This document shows positions 19,614 through 28,793 of a stretch of 34,316 nucleotides of DNA, in pieces. Every line of letters begins with the position of its first letter. The stretch's first letter is position 1. The stretch comes from Burkholderiales bacterium (GTDB lineage: Bacteria > Pseudomonadota > Gammaproteobacteria > Burkholderiales > SG8-41). Under the pieces are notes generated by a model. It did no database searches and was not told the DNA's origin. It saw only the letters and a program-made list of their open reading frames with translations. The stretch lies in the NCBI GenBank assembly GCA_041620115.1, contig JBFKCU010000002.1:1-34316 (forward strand), given 5' to 3'. The position numbers and the translations under genes are program-made.

Positions 19614-19624
19614 GGATGGGGGGG

Positions 19625-19660
19625 CCGGCCGGGACTGCGGTGAATTCTACTCCCGGCCGG
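19625..19660 (-). other. 10-bp-stem hairpin in the ahcY-metF intercistronic spacer
   Basis: CCGGCCGGGA-N16-TCCCGGCCGG with no U tract, so probably not a terminator. Confidence 0.5.
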
Positions 19661-19674
19661 CGCCGTTTCCGTGA

Positions 19675-21078
19675 TCAGTAGCGGTAGTGTTCCGGCTTGA
19701 ACGGCCCGTCCACCGGCATTTGCAGGTAATTGGCCTGTTTCTCGTTGAGGGTGGTCAGCTCGACGCCGAGTTTTTTCAGATGCAGGCGGGCGACTTTCTC
19801 ATCCAGATGCTTGGGCAGCACGTAGACCTTGTTCTTGTACTTGTCGCCCTGGGTGTAGAGCTCGAGCTGCGCCAGCGTCTGGTTGGTGAACGAGCTGGAC
19901 ATCACGAACGACGGGTGCCCCGTGCCGCAACCCAGGTTCACGAGGCGGCCTTCGGCCAGAATGATCAGGCGCTTGCCATCGGGGAATATCACGTGATCGA
20001 CCTGCGGCTTGATGTTTTCCCACTTGTACTTTTTCAGACTGGAAATCTCGATTTCCGAATCGAAATGGCCGATGTTGCAGACGATGCTGTTGTGCTTCAT
20101 GCGTTTCATGTGGTCGTGCGTGATCACGCCGAGGTTGCCGGTCGCGGTCACGAAAATGTCCGCCTTGTCGGCAGCGTATTCCATGGTGACGACACGGAAA
20201 CCCTCCATCGCCGCCTGCAGCGCGCAGATCGGATCGATCTCGGTGACCCAGACCTGCGCCGACAGCGCGCGCAGCGCCTCGGCGCTGCCCTTGCCGACAT
20301 CGCCGTAGCCACAGACCACGGCGATCTTGCCGGCGATCATCACGTCGGTGGCGCGCTTGATCGCATCGACCAGCGACTCGCGGCAGCCGTAGAGGTTGTC
20401 GAACTTGGACTTGGTGACCGAGTCGTTGACGTTGATCGCCGGGAACTTGTGGCGGCCTTCCTTCTCCATCTGGTAGAGCCGGTGCACGCCGGTGGTCGTC
20501 TCTTCGGTGACACCCTTGATGTTGGCCTCGATCTTCGAATAGAAACCGGGCTTCTCCTTCAGCGTCTTACGCATCGCGGCAAACAGCACCACCTCCTCCT
20601 CGTTGCTGCCTTCGGGCGGCTGCGTCTTGTTGCGTTCATGCTGTGCGCCCAGCGTGACCAGCAATGTGGCGTCGCCGCCATCGTCGAGGATCATGTTGGG
20701 GGTGCCGCCGTCGCTCCACTCGAGGATGCGATGGGTGTAATCCCAGTAATCTTCCAGCGTTTCGCCCTTGTAGGCGAACACGGGGATGCCGCGCGCCGCG
20801 ATTGCCGCCGCGGCGTGGTCCTGGGTCGAGAAAATGTTGCACGAAGCCCAGCGGATGTCAGCACCCAGGTCGGCCAGGGTCTCGATCAGCACCGCGGTCT
20901 GGATGGTCATGTGCAGCGAGCCGGCAATGCGCGCGCCCTTGAGCGGGTTCTTGCCCTTGTATTCCTCACGCAATGCCATCAGGCCGGGCATTTCGGTCTC
21001 GGCGATGGCGATTTCCTTGCGGCCGAAATCGGCCAGTTTCATGTCGGCGACTTTGTAGTCGTTGGCTTTCGCGTTCAT
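19675..21078 (-). CDS. ahcY: adenosylhomocysteinase
   Basis: 467 aa with [27 protein letters not shown], the NAD fold [12 protein letters not shown], and IGHFDSEI. Confidence 0.95.
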   Translation of the reverse strand: MNAKANDYKVADMKLADFGRKEIAIAETEMPGLMALREEYKGKNPLKGARIAGSLHMTIQTAVLIETLADLGADIRWASCNIFSTQDHAAAAIAARGIPVFAYKGETLEDYWDYTHRILEWSDGGTPNMILDDGGDATLLVTLGAQHERNKTQPPEGSNEEEVVLFAAMRKTLKEKPGFYSKIEANIKGVTEETTTGVHRLYQMEKEGRHKFPAINVNDSVTKSKFDNLYGCRESLVDAIKRATDVMIAGKIAVVCGYGDVGKGSAEALRALSAQVWVTEIDPICALQAAMEGFRVVTMEYAADKADIFVTATGNLGVITHDHMKRMKHNSIVCNIGHFDSEIEISSLKKYKWENIKPQVDHVIFPDGKRLIILAEGRLVNLGCGTGHPSFVMSSSFTNQTLAQLELYTQGDKYKNKVYVLPKHLDEKVARLHLKKLGVELTTLNEKQANYLQMPVDGPFKPEHYRY

Positions 21079-21100
21079 TTCTGCAACTCCTGAAAATGTA

Positions 21101-21188
21101 GGGCGCCGTTAACCGCGGTGCCGCCCGAGCCTGGCCGGTGCACGGGCTATATTGTTCAAACCCGTCCGGTCGCAGCGCCCCTCGGGGG
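21101..21188 (-). promoter_or_regulatory. SAH-riboswitch-like aptamer, copy 2 (proximal to the ahcY SD)
   Basis: Minus strand reads CCCGAGGGGCGCUGCGACCGG..(extended hairpin)..CCGGCCAGGCUCGGGCGGCACCGCGGUUAACGGCGCCC. It carries the core blocks of the SAH riboswitch as I recall them. AGGAG (21091-21087) follows, 8 nt before the ATG. Confidence 0.65.
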
Positions 21189-21236
21189 CATGCATGTCGA
21201 AATTACAATCCGCAACTGCAAATCGCAGCTACAAAT

Positions 21237-21269
21237 AAAAAAACGCCCGCACCGTTTCCGGTGCGAGCG
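21237..21269 (-). terminator. intrinsic terminator forming the expression platform of SAH aptamer copy 1
   Basis: CGCUCGCACCG-GAAA-CGGUGCGGGCG (11 bp, GNRA loop) followed by U7. Its 5' arm shares CGCUC with the aptamer closing helix. Confidence 0.8.
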
Positions 21270-21327
21270 CCGTTGGTTCTTGCTGAGCCTGGCCGGGATT
21301 TAAACCCGGTCGCAACGCTCCTCAGCG
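21265..21327 (-). promoter_or_regulatory. SAH riboswitch, copy 1 (distal)
   Basis: GCUGAGGAGCGUUGCGACCGGGUUUAAAUCCCGGCCAGGCUCAGCAAGAACCAACGGCGCUC. Pairings are GCUGAG/CUCAGC, AGCGU/GCGCU and the CCGGG/CCCGG hairpin. The context upstream of ahcY-metF is the classic one. Confidence 0.8.
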
Positions 21328-21341
21328 GGGCGGATTATACC

Positions 21342-22508
<1,167 letters not shown>

Positions 22509-22642
22509 GTGCGGGACGTATTGAATCCGGTTAAGTTTAAAAGACGATTAGGAGCGGGGGAATAAATTCGGGGCGGCGCAAAAAGGCCGCTAGAATAGCA
22601 TATAACCCTCGATTTATTAACGGATTTCCTCTTGAAATACCC

Positions 22643-23497
22643 ATGTTGCTGACCCTGATGCGGTGGTGCGCGCGTATGCCATTGGCAGGGCTGCATTTTT
22701 TCGGCGCGATCCTGGGCTGGCTGGTGTACTGGGCCTCGCCGGCCTATCGGCGCCGCTGCCGGGAGAACCTGCTCAACAGCGGGGTGTGCGCTGACGCCCG
22801 GGCCTGCCGCGCGACTCTGCACCAGGCGGTTGCCGAATCCGGCAAGAGCATCACCGAGTTGTGCCGGGTGTGGTTCGGGCGCGATGAAGAGATTGCGCGA
22901 CTGGTTCGTTGTGACGACTGGGGTGTGGTCGAGGCGGCGCAGCGCATCGGCAAGGGGCTGATTTTCCTGACGCCGCATCTGGGGTGTTTTGAAATTTCCG
23001 CGCTCTACGGCGCGCAGCGCCTGCCGCTGACGGTACTCTACCGGCCGCCGAAACGCGCCGGCCTGGAGGCGATCATGCACGCCGGGCGGCAGCGCGGCCA
23101 GGCCAGGCTGGCCCCCGCCAATCTCAGCGGCGTCCGCCTGCTCTACAAGGCGCTGCGCCGCGGTGAGGCCATCGGCGTGCTACCGGACCAGGCACCGGGC
23201 ATGGGCGAGGGCGAGTGGGCGGATTTTTTCGGGCGGCCCGCCTACACCATGACGCTGGTGTCGCGGCTCCATGCGACCACCGGTGCCGCAGTGATCATGG
23301 CGTTTGCCGAGCGCCTGCCGGGCGGCGCGGGGTATCGCCTGCACCTGTCTGTCGTGACTGCCGATCCGCTCAGTCCCGCGGCGCTCAACCGCGCCGTAGA
23401 GCACGTCGTGCGCACCTGTCCGGCGCAGTATCTGTGGGGATATAACCGCTACAAGGTGCCGGCTGGCGCAGAGCCACCGCCGTCCGCGGCCGCATGA
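22643..23497 (+). CDS. lipid A biosynthesis late acyltransferase family (LpxL/HtrB-like), paralogue 1
   Basis: N-terminal membrane anchor, the H(X)4E motif TPHLGCFE, and LPDQ. Confidence 0.75.
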   Translation: MLLTLMRWCARMPLAGLHFFGAILGWLVYWASPAYRRRCRENLLNSGVCADARACRATLHQAVAESGKSITELCRVWFGRDEEIARLVRCDDWGVVEAAQRIGKGLIFLTPHLGCFEISALYGAQRLPLTVLYRPPKRAGLEAIMHAGRQRGQARLAPANLSGVRLLYKALRRGEAIGVLPDQAPGMGEGEWADFFGRPAYTMTLVSRLHATTGAAVIMAFAERLPGGAGYRLHLSVVTADPLSPAALNRAVEHVVRTCPAQYLWGYNRYKVPAGAEPPPSAAA

Positions 23498-24363
23498 TGG
23501 CCCGCATCGGCCTCGCGTTGATCTGGCTGTTGCACTGGCTGCCACTGCCGTTGCTGGCGGCACTGGGCCGCGGTGGCGGGCTGCTGCTGTATGCGCTGGC
23601 ACGCGAGCGCCGGCGCGTGGTGCTGACCAACCTGCAGCTGTGTTTTCCTGAACTGCGCGAGTCTGAGCGCGCGACGCTGGCACGCCGCCATTTCGCGGCG
23701 TTTGCCCGCAGCCTGCTCGAGCACGGCATCCTGTGGTGGGGCAGCCGCGCGCGCGTGCTGCACCTGGTGCGCATCGAGGGGCTGGAGCACTGGCATGCGG
23801 TGCGGGACCGGCCGGTAATCTGGCTGGCGCCGCATTTCGTCGGGCTCGACATGGGCGGCATACGCCTCACTGCCGAGTACCCGCTGGTTTCGGTGTACAG
23901 CAAGCAGAAGAATCCGGCATTTGACGCGGTGCTGCTCCACGGGCGTACCCGCTTGGGTCCGACAGAACTGTATTCACGGCAGGACGGGATACGGCCGGTG
24001 GCGAAAGCGGTCAAGGCCGGATTGCCGTTCTACTACCTGCCCGACATGGATTTCGGCGAACGCGACTCGATCTTCGTACCCTTTTTCAACGTGCCTGCGG
24101 CGACGATCACCGGGCTGTCCCGCATCGCCGCACTCACCGGTGCCGTGATCGTTCCGGCAGTGACCACGCAGCTGCCCGGTGGCGAAGGTTATGTGTTGCG
24201 CTTTTATCCGGCGTGGGAAAATTATCCGGGTGCCGACCCGGCGGCGGATGCGCGACGCATGAATGCGTTTATCGAAGACCGCGTGCGTGAAATGCCGGAA
24301 CAGTATTACTGGGTGCACAAGCGCTTCAAGACCCGACCAGCGGGAGAGCCGCGCTTTTATTAG
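23494..24363 (+). CDS. lipid A biosynthesis late acyltransferase family (LpxL/HtrB-like), paralogue 2
   Basis: ATGA overlap with the previous gene, the H(X)4D motif APHFVGLD, LPDMD, and YYWVHKRFK. Confidence 0.75.
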   Translation: MMARIGLALIWLLHWLPLPLLAALGRGGGLLLYALARERRRVVLTNLQLCFPELRESERATLARRHFAAFARSLLEHGILWWGSRARVLHLVRIEGLEHWHAVRDRPVIWLAPHFVGLDMGGIRLTAEYPLVSVYSKQKNPAFDAVLLHGRTRLGPTELYSRQDGIRPVAKAVKAGLPFYYLPDMDFGERDSIFVPFFNVPAATITGLSRIAALTGAVIVPAVTTQLPGGEGYVLRFYPAWENYPGADPAADARRMNAFIEDRVREMPEQYYWVHKRFKTRPAGEPRFY

Positions 24364-24378
24364 CGCGGGCGTTGCGGC

Positions 24379-24888
24379 ATGGTACCGGACGACGCCAGGA
24401 TCGCGGCGGTGGAGCAGGGCGACATCGGCCCGATTGCCGTGCTCGCGCGCGAGATATGGCATGCGCATTATCCCGGCATCATCACGGTGGCGCAGATAGA
24501 ATACATGCTGGCGCAGCGCTATGCGCCGGCGGTGATCGCGGCGGAGATGGCGCGCGCCGATGTGTGGTGGTACAAGTTGACCGTTGCGGATCACATCGTC
24601 GCCTTCACCGCGCTGCAGCTCGAGGACGACCGGACGGTGCTGAAGATTGACAAGTTGTATGTGCACCCTTCGGTGCAGCGGCGCGGGTTTGGCGGTGGGT
24701 TGATCGCGCAAGCGGGATCAATCGCGCGGGCACAGGGTTGCCGTGAACTGCTGCTGACGGTAAACCGCAACAACCTGCCCGCGATCGCTGCGTACCGCAA
24801 ACACGGGTTTGTGGTGCGCGCCGCCGCAGTCAAGGAAATCGGCGGCGGGTTTGTGATGGATGATTTCATAATGGTGAAGGCGCTGTGA
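24379..24888 (+). CDS. GNAT family N-acetyltransferase
   Basis: 169 aa with the acetyl-CoA loop [14 protein letters not shown] and [10 protein letters not shown]. Confidence 0.8.
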   Translation: MVPDDARIAAVEQGDIGPIAVLAREIWHAHYPGIITVAQIEYMLAQRYAPAVIAAEMARADVWWYKLTVADHIVAFTALQLEDDRTVLKIDKLYVHPSVQRRGFGGGLIAQAGSIARAQGCRELLLTVNRNNLPAIAAYRKHGFVVRAAAVKEIGGGFVMDDFIMVKAL

Positions 24889-25316
24889 CCGTGTTCGAGA
24901 ACCCCGATGCTGCCGCGCGCTGCGCGCTGCTGAAAAAAACCAAAACCATCGCCGTGGTCGGCCTGTCGCCGAATCCGGCGCGGCCCAGTCACGGCGTGGC
25001 GCATGCCATGCAGGGCTATGGCTTTCGCGTGATCCCGGTGCATCCGGCGGTCAGGGAAGTCCTGGGCGAGAAAGCCTATGCGCGGCTTGCCGACATACCC
25101 GAACCCGTCGATCTGGTCGACGTGTTCCGCAACGCCGAACATATCGACGGTGTCGTCGACGAATGCCTGGCGCTGGGGCTGAAGGCCATCTGGATCCAGG
25201 AAGGCATCGTCAACCTGCCGGCCGCGGCGCGGGCGCTGGCCGGCGGCATGACCGTGATCATGGATCGCTGCATCTATCGCGATTACCGCGACCAGTGCAA
25301 AGACGCCGGCGCTTGA
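24885..25316 (+). CDS. CoA-binding domain protein (YccU/YneT-like)
   Basis: GTG start with a GTGA overlap, and [18 protein letters not shown] ... VDVFR. Confidence 0.7.
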   Translation: MTVFENPDAAARCALLKKTKTIAVVGLSPNPARPSHGVAHAMQGYGFRVIPVHPAVREVLGEKAYARLADIPEPVDLVDVFRNAEHIDGVVDECLALGLKAIWIQEGIVNLPAAARALAGGMTVIMDRCIYRDYRDQCKDAGA

Positions 25317-25329
25317 TGATGAGTCTGCC

Positions 25330-26166
25330 ATGCAGCTGAAATTCACCAAAATGCACGGTCTCGGCAACGATTTCGTCGTGATCGACGCCACCATGGCCCG
25401 CATCACACTGGCGCCGGCACAGTTGCGCCATGTCGCAGACCGCCATTTCGGCATCGGCTGTGACCAGGTCCTGATCGTCGAGCCCGCGCGTACGGCTGAC
25501 ACCGATTTTTATTACCGCATTTTTAATGCCGATGGCGGGGAGGTCGAGCAGTGCGGCAACGGCGCGCGCTGTTTTGTGCGTTATGTTCATGAGCGCGGGC
25601 TGACGGCGAAAACCGTCATCCGCGTGGGTACGCTCGGCGGTGTCATCGAGCCGCGGCTGGAGGCAGACGGTCAGGTTACGGTGGACATGGGTGCACCGGT
25701 GTTCGAGCCGGCGCGCATCCCGTTCGACGCGCCGGCGCAGGCACTGCAGTATGATCTGGAAATTGATAATAAAATTATTAAAATCAATGCATTATCAATG
25801 GGCAATCCGCACGCGGTGCAAATCGTGCCGGATATCCTGACCGCGCCGGTGACGACCGAGGGCCCCCGGGTTGAAGCACATCCGCGCTTTCCGCAACGCG
25901 TGAATGCCGGCTACATGCAGATCGTAGACCGCACCCATATCCGCCTGCGCGTTTACGAGCGCGGCGCCGGTGAGACGCTGGCCTGCGGCACCGGCGCCTG
26001 CGCTGCGGTGGTGACCGGCATTACGCGCGGCCTGCTGGATCAGCGCGTCACGGTTTCGACGCGCGGCGGCGACCTCGTTATAGTATGGGCGGGGACGGGG
26101 CATCCGGTGCTGATGACGGGTCCGGCAGTGACGGTGTTCGACGGCGAAATTGCCTTACAGGATTGA
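25330..26166 (+). CDS. dapF: diaminopimelate epimerase
   Basis: [15 protein letters not shown], the catalytic Cys motifs EQCGNGARC and [10 protein letters not shown], and SMGNPHAV. Confidence 0.9.
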   Translation: MQLKFTKMHGLGNDFVVIDATMARITLAPAQLRHVADRHFGIGCDQVLIVEPARTADTDFYYRIFNADGGEVEQCGNGARCFVRYVHERGLTAKTVIRVGTLGGVIEPRLEADGQVTVDMGAPVFEPARIPFDAPAQALQYDLEIDNKIIKINALSMGNPHAVQIVPDILTAPVTTEGPRVEAHPRFPQRVNAGYMQIVDRTHIRLRVYERGAGETLACGTGACAAVVTGITRGLLDQRVTVSTRGGDLVIVWAGTGHPVLMTGPAVTVFDGEIALQD

Positions 26167-26217
26167 GAAACTGGTGCAGTGTCAAAAACAAGTGAAAAGT
26201 GCAAGGAATAACCACTG

Positions 26218-26871
26218 ATGAAACCCGATGATGTTGCGGCATACCTGAAGGATCACCCGGAATTTTTCGAGAGCTATGCCGACGTCGTCGCCGATGTGCT
26301 CATTCCGCATCCGCATGGCGGCCGTGCAATCTCGATCAGCGAGCGCCAGATCCTGACTTTGCGCGAGCGCGGCAAACAGCTTGAAACCAAGCTCAGCGAA
26401 ATGATCCAGTTCGGCGAGGAGAATGATGCCATCGGTGAGAAGGTGCACCGCCTGACACTGGCGCTGATCGGCGCGCACGATGCGCATGCGCTGCTCAATG
26501 CGGCCAGCTTCAACCTGCGCGAAGATTTCGCTGTGCCGCATGTGGCATTGCGCGTGTGGCACCCGCAGGTCAAGCCGGACATGCCGGAATTCGTGCCGGT
26601 GTCGGATGCGACCCGCAAGTTTGCCGCCGAACTGGTGCACCCGCATTGCGGTCCGCTGGCGATGGCCGATACGGCGGGATTTTTCGGCGAGGCGGCGCCG
26701 CTGCTGAAATCGTATGCCTACGTCGCGTTGCGTGGCAAGGACACCTTCGGCCTGCTGGCACTGGCGAGCGAAGACGCGCAGCGCTTCTATCCCGAGATGG
26801 GCACGCTCTACCTGACGCGCATCGGTGAAGTCATTGCGGCGTGTTTGTTGCGCCACCTGGAGCCGGCGTGA
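26218..26871 (+). CDS. DUF484 family protein
   Basis: About 217 aa. It sits in the dapF-DUF484-xerC arrangement that I recall as conserved in proteobacteria. I cannot cite a diagnostic motif. Confidence 0.65.
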   Translation: MKPDDVAAYLKDHPEFFESYADVVADVLIPHPHGGRAISISERQILTLRERGKQLETKLSEMIQFGEENDAIGEKVHRLTLALIGAHDAHALLNAASFNLREDFAVPHVALRVWHPQVKPDMPEFVPVSDATRKFAAELVHPHCGPLAMADTAGFFGEAAPLLKSYAYVALRGKDTFGLLALASEDAQRFYPEMGTLYLTRIGEVIAACLLRHLEPA

Positions 26872-27812
26872 CCGCCCGCGGGCGACCACCATCCCGCGCG
26901 AAACCCGCAGCGCCCGTAGCCGGTCCCGAGCAGTTGCTGCTGCAGGGCTATCTTGAACATCTCACGCATGAACGCCGGCTCGCCACGCACACCGCAAAGA
27001 ATTACCGCCGCGACATCGAGGCGCTGATGGACATGTCCAGCGATACGCCTGTTGCGGCGTTGCGTCCACACGACATCCGCCGTTACATTGCGCAATTGCA
27101 TGGCAGGGGGCTGGATGGCCGCAGCCTCGCGCGCATGCTGTCGGCGTGGCGCGGTTTTTATGGGTATCTGGCGCGTGACCATGGCTGCAGGCACAACCCC
27201 TGCGTCGGCATCCGCGCGCCGAAGAGTGCCAAACGGCTGCCGCATGCGCTGTCGCCCGACGAGGCGCGCCAACTGGTGGAAATCGACGCGGATGATCCGC
27301 TGGCCATGCGCGACAAGGCGATACTCGAATTGTTTTATTCATCGGGCCTGCGGCTGGCCGAACTGACCGGCCTCGCGCCAGCCGACATCAATTTCGCCGA
27401 CGCCACGGTGCGCGTGACCGGCAAGGGCGGCAAGACGCGGATCGTGCCGGTGGGCAGCCACGCGGTTAAGGCTCTGCGCGCCTGGCTGGACGAACGCGCG
27501 GCCATTAGGCCCATTGATGGCGACGCACTGTTCGTGACGCTGCAGGGCCGGCGGCTTGGGCCGCGCGCGATCCAGACGCGGGTGCAGCAGCGTGCGCTCA
27601 AGCAGGGCGTTGCGGCCCGCGTGCATCCGCACATGCTGCGCCATTCCTTTGCCTCGCATGTGCTGCAGTCGAGCAGCGATCTGCGCGCGGTGCAGGAAAT
27701 GCTGGGGCACTCGAGCATTTCGACGACGCAGGTTTATACGCAGCTGGATTTTCAGCATTTGGCGAAAATTTACGACGCCGCGCACCCGCGTGCGCGCAGG
27801 AAAGACAAATGA
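26868..27812 (+). CDS. xerC: tyrosine recombinase XerC
   Basis: The N-terminal core-binding domain (YLEHLTHERRLATHTAKNYRRDI) and the catalytic residues in ELFYSSGLRLAEL, HMLRHSFASHVL and LGHSSISTTQVYTQL. Start GTG 26868 overlaps the DUF484 stop (GTGA); an alternative GTG lies at 26841. Confidence 0.85.
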   Translation: MTARGRPPSRAKPAAPVAGPEQLLLQGYLEHLTHERRLATHTAKNYRRDIEALMDMSSDTPVAALRPHDIRRYIAQLHGRGLDGRSLARMLSAWRGFYGYLARDHGCRHNPCVGIRAPKSAKRLPHALSPDEARQLVEIDADDPLAMRDKAILELFYSSGLRLAELTGLAPADINFADATVRVTGKGGKTRIVPVGSHAVKALRAWLDERAAIRPIDGDALFVTLQGRRLGPRAIQTRVQQRALKQGVAARVHPHMLRHSFASHVLQSSSDLRAVQEMLGHSSISTTQVYTQLDFQHLAKIYDAAHPRARRKDK

Positions 27813-27919
27813 GCTGGATTTTGGCTACGGCCGGCCTGACGGCCTTAACGATCGCTACGCTCACGTTCGTCTGCGCCGAAACTCGCCGCAGTGCGGCGTG
27901 TTGTCAGCATTTGAAATAA
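27809..27919 (+). CDS. hypothetical 36-codon hydrophobic micro-ORF (MSWILATAGLTALTIATLTFVCAETRRSAACCQHLK)
   Basis: The ATG overlaps the xerC stop (ATGA). It encodes one predicted TM helix plus a basic, Cys-rich tail. It is below the ORF-track size cutoff, GC3 is only moderately high, and it has no homology support. Confidence 0.2.
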   Translation: MSWILATAGLTALTIATLTFVCAETRRSAACCQHLK

Positions 27920-27963
27920 TTTACGACGCCGCGCACCCGCGTGCGCGCCGCGAGGAAAAATAG
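27812..27963 (+). pseudogene. degenerate tandem copy of the last 71 bp of xerC, split by an 82-bp insert
   Basis: AGCTGGATTTT (27742-52 = 27812-22), CAGCATTTG (27753-61 = 27905-13), and a perfect 30-bp repeat ATTTACGACGCCGCGCACCCGCGTGCGCGC (27768-97 = 27919-48). The copy is frameshifted relative to xerC. Confidence 0.7.
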
Positions 27964-27978
27964 AACGGAGAAGCAGGT

Positions 27979-28779
27979 ATGGGAATGCCGGATTTTCAGG
28001 TGACCGGTGCAGGCAAGGTCACCATTTTTTTGCTGCATGGCATCTACGGCTCGAAGGAGTACTGGCGTTTCCAGACCGAGCGCCTGGTGGCGCGCGGCTA
28101 TCGCGTCGTGGCCTGGGATGCGCCGGGCTACGGGCTGTCGCCCTTGCCCGCCGACTTCAGTTTTGATGTGGTGGCTGCCGCGGGAGTGCAACTGCTTCGC
28201 GCCCAGGGCTCCACGCAGAATGTGGTGCATGGCCACAGCATGGGCGGGCAGATTTCGTCACGCATCCGGCTGAAGGCTCCCGAGCTGGTTCATGGCCTGG
28301 TGATCTCGTCGACCATTGGTTACTTTGCCAACCGCACCAAAGAAGAGCAGGAAGAGTTCGTACGCAAGCGCACTGCGCCCCCGCCCCCGGGTACCGATCC
28401 GGTGACGGTCAACCGCATGGTGGTGGATTCCATGCTGGGCCCGACATCGCGCGGCATCGAGGTTGACCTGGTGCGGCAGTGGGCGTCGCTGACGCCGCCC
28501 GATACCGTGAAGGCGGCGGTCAAGGCCGTGCAGACTTATCCGGAGGCCGAGGCGGTCGCGGGATTCAAGTCAATCACCATTCCGACCTTGCTGGTGGCGG
28601 GCGAGGTCGATCAGGTCGGACACCCCGCAGGCATGAAACGGGTGGCTGACATGATCCCGCGCTGCGCCTTCGGTGTCGTCTCCGGCTCGGGCCACTATCC
28701 ATGGGCGGAAAATTCCGCCGAATTCAACCAGCATTATTTCGGATTTCTGGACCGGAATTTTCCTGCAGCGGGCCGCTGA
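27979..28779 (+). CDS. alpha/beta-fold hydrolase
   Basis: The HG oxyanion motif FLLHGIYGS, the nucleophile elbow GHSMGG, and the C-terminal GSGHYPW. GGAGAAG lies upstream. Confidence 0.8.
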   Translation: MGMPDFQVTGAGKVTIFLLHGIYGSKEYWRFQTERLVARGYRVVAWDAPGYGLSPLPADFSFDVVAAAGVQLLRAQGSTQNVVHGHSMGGQISSRIRLKAPELVHGLVISSTIGYFANRTKEEQEEFVRKRTAPPPPGTDPVTVNRMVVDSMLGPTSRGIEVDLVRQWASLTPPDTVKAAVKAVQTYPEAEAVAGFKSITIPTLLVAGEVDQVGHPAGMKRVADMIPRCAFGVVSGSGHYPWAENSAEFNQHYFGFLDRNFPAAGR

Positions 28780-28793
28780 AGGCGCACCGCCGC

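Noticed and set aside
19687-21093. Very long ORFs antisense to obvious genes, including 19687-21093 (+) opposite ahcY. Others are 3313-4539 (-) opposite ilvA, 4694-5890 (-) opposite slt, 17350-18579 (+) opposite mgtE, 9568-10578 (+) opposite the ADH gene, and 28734-29711 (-) opposite rlmI.
   Set aside because: These are typical shadow ORFs of GC-rich DNA, where stop codons are rare. Their translations are Arg/Ala/Gly/Pro-rich with no recognisable motifs, while the opposite strand encodes textbook proteins.
21188-21236. An independent promoter between the two SAH aptamers. TGTAAT, TTGCAG and TTGTAG hexamers are present.
   Set aside because: No -35/-10 pair has acceptable spacing; the options give 8, 21 or mismatched 17-nt spacers. 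I therefore treat the two aptamers as parts of one leader, pending TSS mapping.
22509-22642. Possible SAM-responsive riboswitch (SAM-II, SAM-V or SAM/SAH) in the metK 5' region. metK also lacks an obvious SD.
   Set aside because: I could not find the conserved blocks I remember for those classes. There is only a small GCGGC/GCCGC hairpin and plausible divergent promoters (TAGAAT; TTAATA-17-TATTCT). A cmsearch with the SAM-family models would settle it.
25760-25800. A canonical Fur box inside the dapF AT-rich tract.
   Set aside because: The best alignment to GATAATGATAATCATTATC that I could make by eye gives only about 11 of 19 matches, and the GATAAT/ATTATC arms are 20 nt apart. I kept it only as a compositional anomaly.
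26868-27812. The tyrosine recombinase as a marker of a prophage or integrative element.
   Set aside because: The dapF-DUF484-xerC context and the XerC-like core-binding domain indicate the housekeeping chromosome-dimer resolvase. No phage, conjugation or cargo genes flank it.
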